DNA of 63,853 nt, filler included. It is 4 parts of 4 records of this genome, joined end to end, with 100 filler letters (N's around TTAATTAATTAA, not from the genome) between each part and the next. Parts side by side here need not be neighbours in the genome. Positions count along the whole stretch, not along the records: positions 56,871 to 63,853 come from SRR31156797_4961; 3 more parts are not named here. One strand, written 5' to 3'. Both the position numbers and the translations under genes were made by a program. The notes under the pieces are model-generated. The model was not told the origin of the DNA. It saw only the letters and a program-made list of their open reading frames with translations, and did not search any database. Below are positions 62,095 through 63,853 of this stretch, piece after piece (position 1 is the stretch's first letter; every line of letters begins with the position of its first letter).

Positions 62095-63370
62095 TATCAA
62101 GAATCACCTTATCCGTCTCTTCCATACCTTCAGATACTACCTGAGCTAGATTCTGGATTGTCTTTTCAATATCTTTTTCAATAATGCCGTCGAACTCTGA
62201 GATCTCGATGTTTTCAATAGCTAAAAAGGCACTTTGAAGTGCGGCACTCACTGCTGTTGAAACTTTAAGAGAACATCCGGCTTTTGCACCATCACAGATC
62301 ATTCCGGAAATATTTCCTATCATACTTTTTATTGAATATCCGATCTGCTGAAGGTTTCCGCCAAGAAGATAGGTTATTCCGCAGGAAGCTCCGGTTGCAG
62401 CTGTAACAACTCCGCAAAGAGCTGAAAGTTTTGACATGTATTCTTTTAAATGTATCGCAATGAGGTTTCCAAGATAAAGTGCTCTGACAAGTTTTTCTTT
62501 TGAGCAGTGTAGTCTTTCACTAGCGGCAAGAATTGGAAGCATGACTGTTATTCCCTGATTTCCGCTACCTGAATTGCTCATTACAGGAAGAATGCTTCCC
62601 GCCATTCTTGCATCTGCTGCTGCTGCAGTTAGCGTCATTGCCCAGTTTGACATATCATCACTGATAAATCCTTTTACAATATTTTGCCTGAGAGTTTTTC
62701 CAACTTGAAGACCGTAATCCCCTATCAAACCTTCAAGACCAATGGTTCTATTAAGCTCAGCGCCTTTAAGAACATAGCTGATCTCATCAAGAGGAACATT
62801 ATTTACAAATTCCCATATCCCTTCTACTGTCATCTTGTGTTTAACAACATCCGCAACTTCATTTTCTTCCTTTTCGCTAAAATGGTTGCATGACTTTTGA
62901 GATATGACCTTGCCGTCAACATCTTCAAGCACAACGTTAGTGTGAGATCCGCAGATGAGTGTTCTTGCGTAATTTTCACCGTTTGTGCATTTTACTTCAA
63001 TATAAAGCTTATCAACGTTATCTTTTTTTGTAATGCTCACTTTTTCTTCAATGACCATCTTTTTTGCAAGTTCAATGTTATCTGATGAAACTCCATTAAG
63101 AACTTCAAGCAGTTTATCACTGTTTCCACCAGTTACTCCCAGTGCAGCGGCAATTTTAAGCCCCACCATTCCGGTTCCGGGAATTCCGACTCCCATTCCG
63201 TTCTTAATGATGTTTCCACTTAAGAAAAGCTCTATCTTTTCAACATCTTTCCCTAGATTCCTTGCAGAAGTCGCGGCGGCAAGAGCAGTAGCAATAGGTT
63301 CAGTACAACCAAGTGCCGGAACAACTTCTTTGTTAAAGATGTTGATATATTTTGTGTTATCAATGGTCAT
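62078..63370 (-). CDS. YhaM/CyuA-like L-cysteine desulfidase (UPF0597)
   Basis: PALGCTEP, KNGMGVGIPG, DARMAG, NSGSGNQG, LSALCG, GMICDGAK.GC. Confidence 0.88.
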   Translation of the reverse strand: MTIDNTKYINIFNKEVVPALGCTEPIATALAAATSARNLGKDVEKIELFLSGNIIKNGMGVGIPGTGMVGLKIAAALGVTGGNSDKLLEVLNGVSSDNIELAKKMVIEEKVSITKKDNVDKLYIEVKCTNGENYARTLICGSHTNVVLEDVDGKVISQKSCNHFSEKEENEVADVVKHKMTVEGIWEFVNNVPLDEISYVLKGAELNRTIGLEGLIGDYGLQVGKTLRQNIVKGFISDDMSNWAMTLTAAAADARMAGSILPVMSNSGSGNQGITVMLPILAASERLHCSKEKLVRALYLGNLIAIHLKEYMSKLSALCGVVTAATGASCGITYLLGGNLQQIGYSIKSMIGNISGMICDGAKAGCSLKVSTAVSAALQSAFLAIENIEISEFDGIIEKDIEKTIQNLAQVVSEGMEETDKVILDIMSCK

Positions 63371-63379
63371 TTTTCACCT

Positions 63380-63853
63380 CTAGACGATTCTCATTTCCTT
63401 AAGGATCTGCATGGCTGCTGCCTGTTCAGCTGATTTTTTATTTTTTCCAGTACCGGTACAGCTAAAACCCACAGCCAGACATTCTATTTTAAACAGGAGA
63501 TCATGCTCGGGCCCTGTTTTTTCAACAATAGTATATTCAGGAAGAGGAAGTTCAAGCTCCTGCGCTATTTCCTGAAGTCTTGTTTTGTAATCACGGTTAA
63601 TATGGTTAAGAAGGTCCTCGATATCAGGAGATGCATTTATAAGTGGAATAAAAATATCCTCAATGACTCTAAATGTTTTATCCCAACCTGATTCAAGAAA
63701 GATCACACCGAGCATTGATTCAAAAGCATCACTTAAGATTGAGTCTTTTTCTCTTCCGTGCATTTTCTCTTCGCCCTTTCCAAGAATAAGAAGGCTTCCA
63801 AGATCAAGGGTTCTGGAATTAAACGCAAGTCCAGCTTCATCAATAAGGTTGCT
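63380..63853 (-). CDS. rnc: Ribonuclease III, 3' part (5' beyond window)
   Basis: LGKGEE...GR..SILSDAFES.LG catalytic segment; dsRBD DYKTRLQE...GPEH...G.G..KK.AEQ.AA. Confidence 0.93.
   Translation of the reverse strand, partial: SNLIDEAGLAFNSRTLDLGSLLILGKGEEKMHGREKDSILSDAFESMLGVIFLESGWDKTFRVIEDIFIPLINASPDIEDLLNHINRDYKTRLQEIAQELELPLPEYTIVEKTGPEHDLLFKIECLAVGFSCTGTGKNKKSAEQAAAMQILKEMRIV

Overview
The window is a concatenation of four unrelated contigs joined by artificial 100-bp spacers (44 N + TTAATTAATTAA + 44 N at 16570-16669, 40140-40239, 56771-56870). Contig 1 (1-16569, AT-rich, Bacteroidetes-type TAnnTTTG promoters) carries nadC/nadA, a TPR histidine kinase, a metal-handling cluster (mntP, FMN-binding protein, outer-membrane barrel, DUF318/HMA permease), a three-gene acyl-CoA carboxylase, tilS, pabB and a 21-bp repeat. 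Contig 2 (16670-40139, also Bacteroidetes-like) carries a polysaccharide cluster, parE, a DUF134-NifB/NifX-DUF5320-twin MinD/ferredoxin ATPase operon with a palindromic operator and a long intergenic hairpin, heptose genes gmhA-hddC-gmhB, ClC and RRM genes. Contig 3 (40240-56770, GC-richer, Desulfobacterota-like by inference) is the most interesting. It has a putative MarR-controlled organohalide-respiration locus (marR, flavodoxin-ferredoxin, DsbA-like, rdhA-rdhB-rdhC, outer-membrane channel remnant). It also has two probable selenoprotein genes missed by the ORF track, each with an in-frame UGA in a U-P-F-C motif and a SECIS-like hairpin: a DsbA/FrnE-like protein directly upstream of rdhA, and a peroxiredoxin-like domain fused to a START/SRPBCC domain. 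rdhA and several neighbours keep both ends but appear to have lost their middles. Contig 4 (56871-63853) has a hybrid kinase, an Ldh_2 oxidoreductase, a GDPD, a cysteine desulfidase-like gene and the 3' part of rnc. No rRNA, tRNA, CRISPR array or transposase was recognised. All family calls are by motif recognition, not database search.
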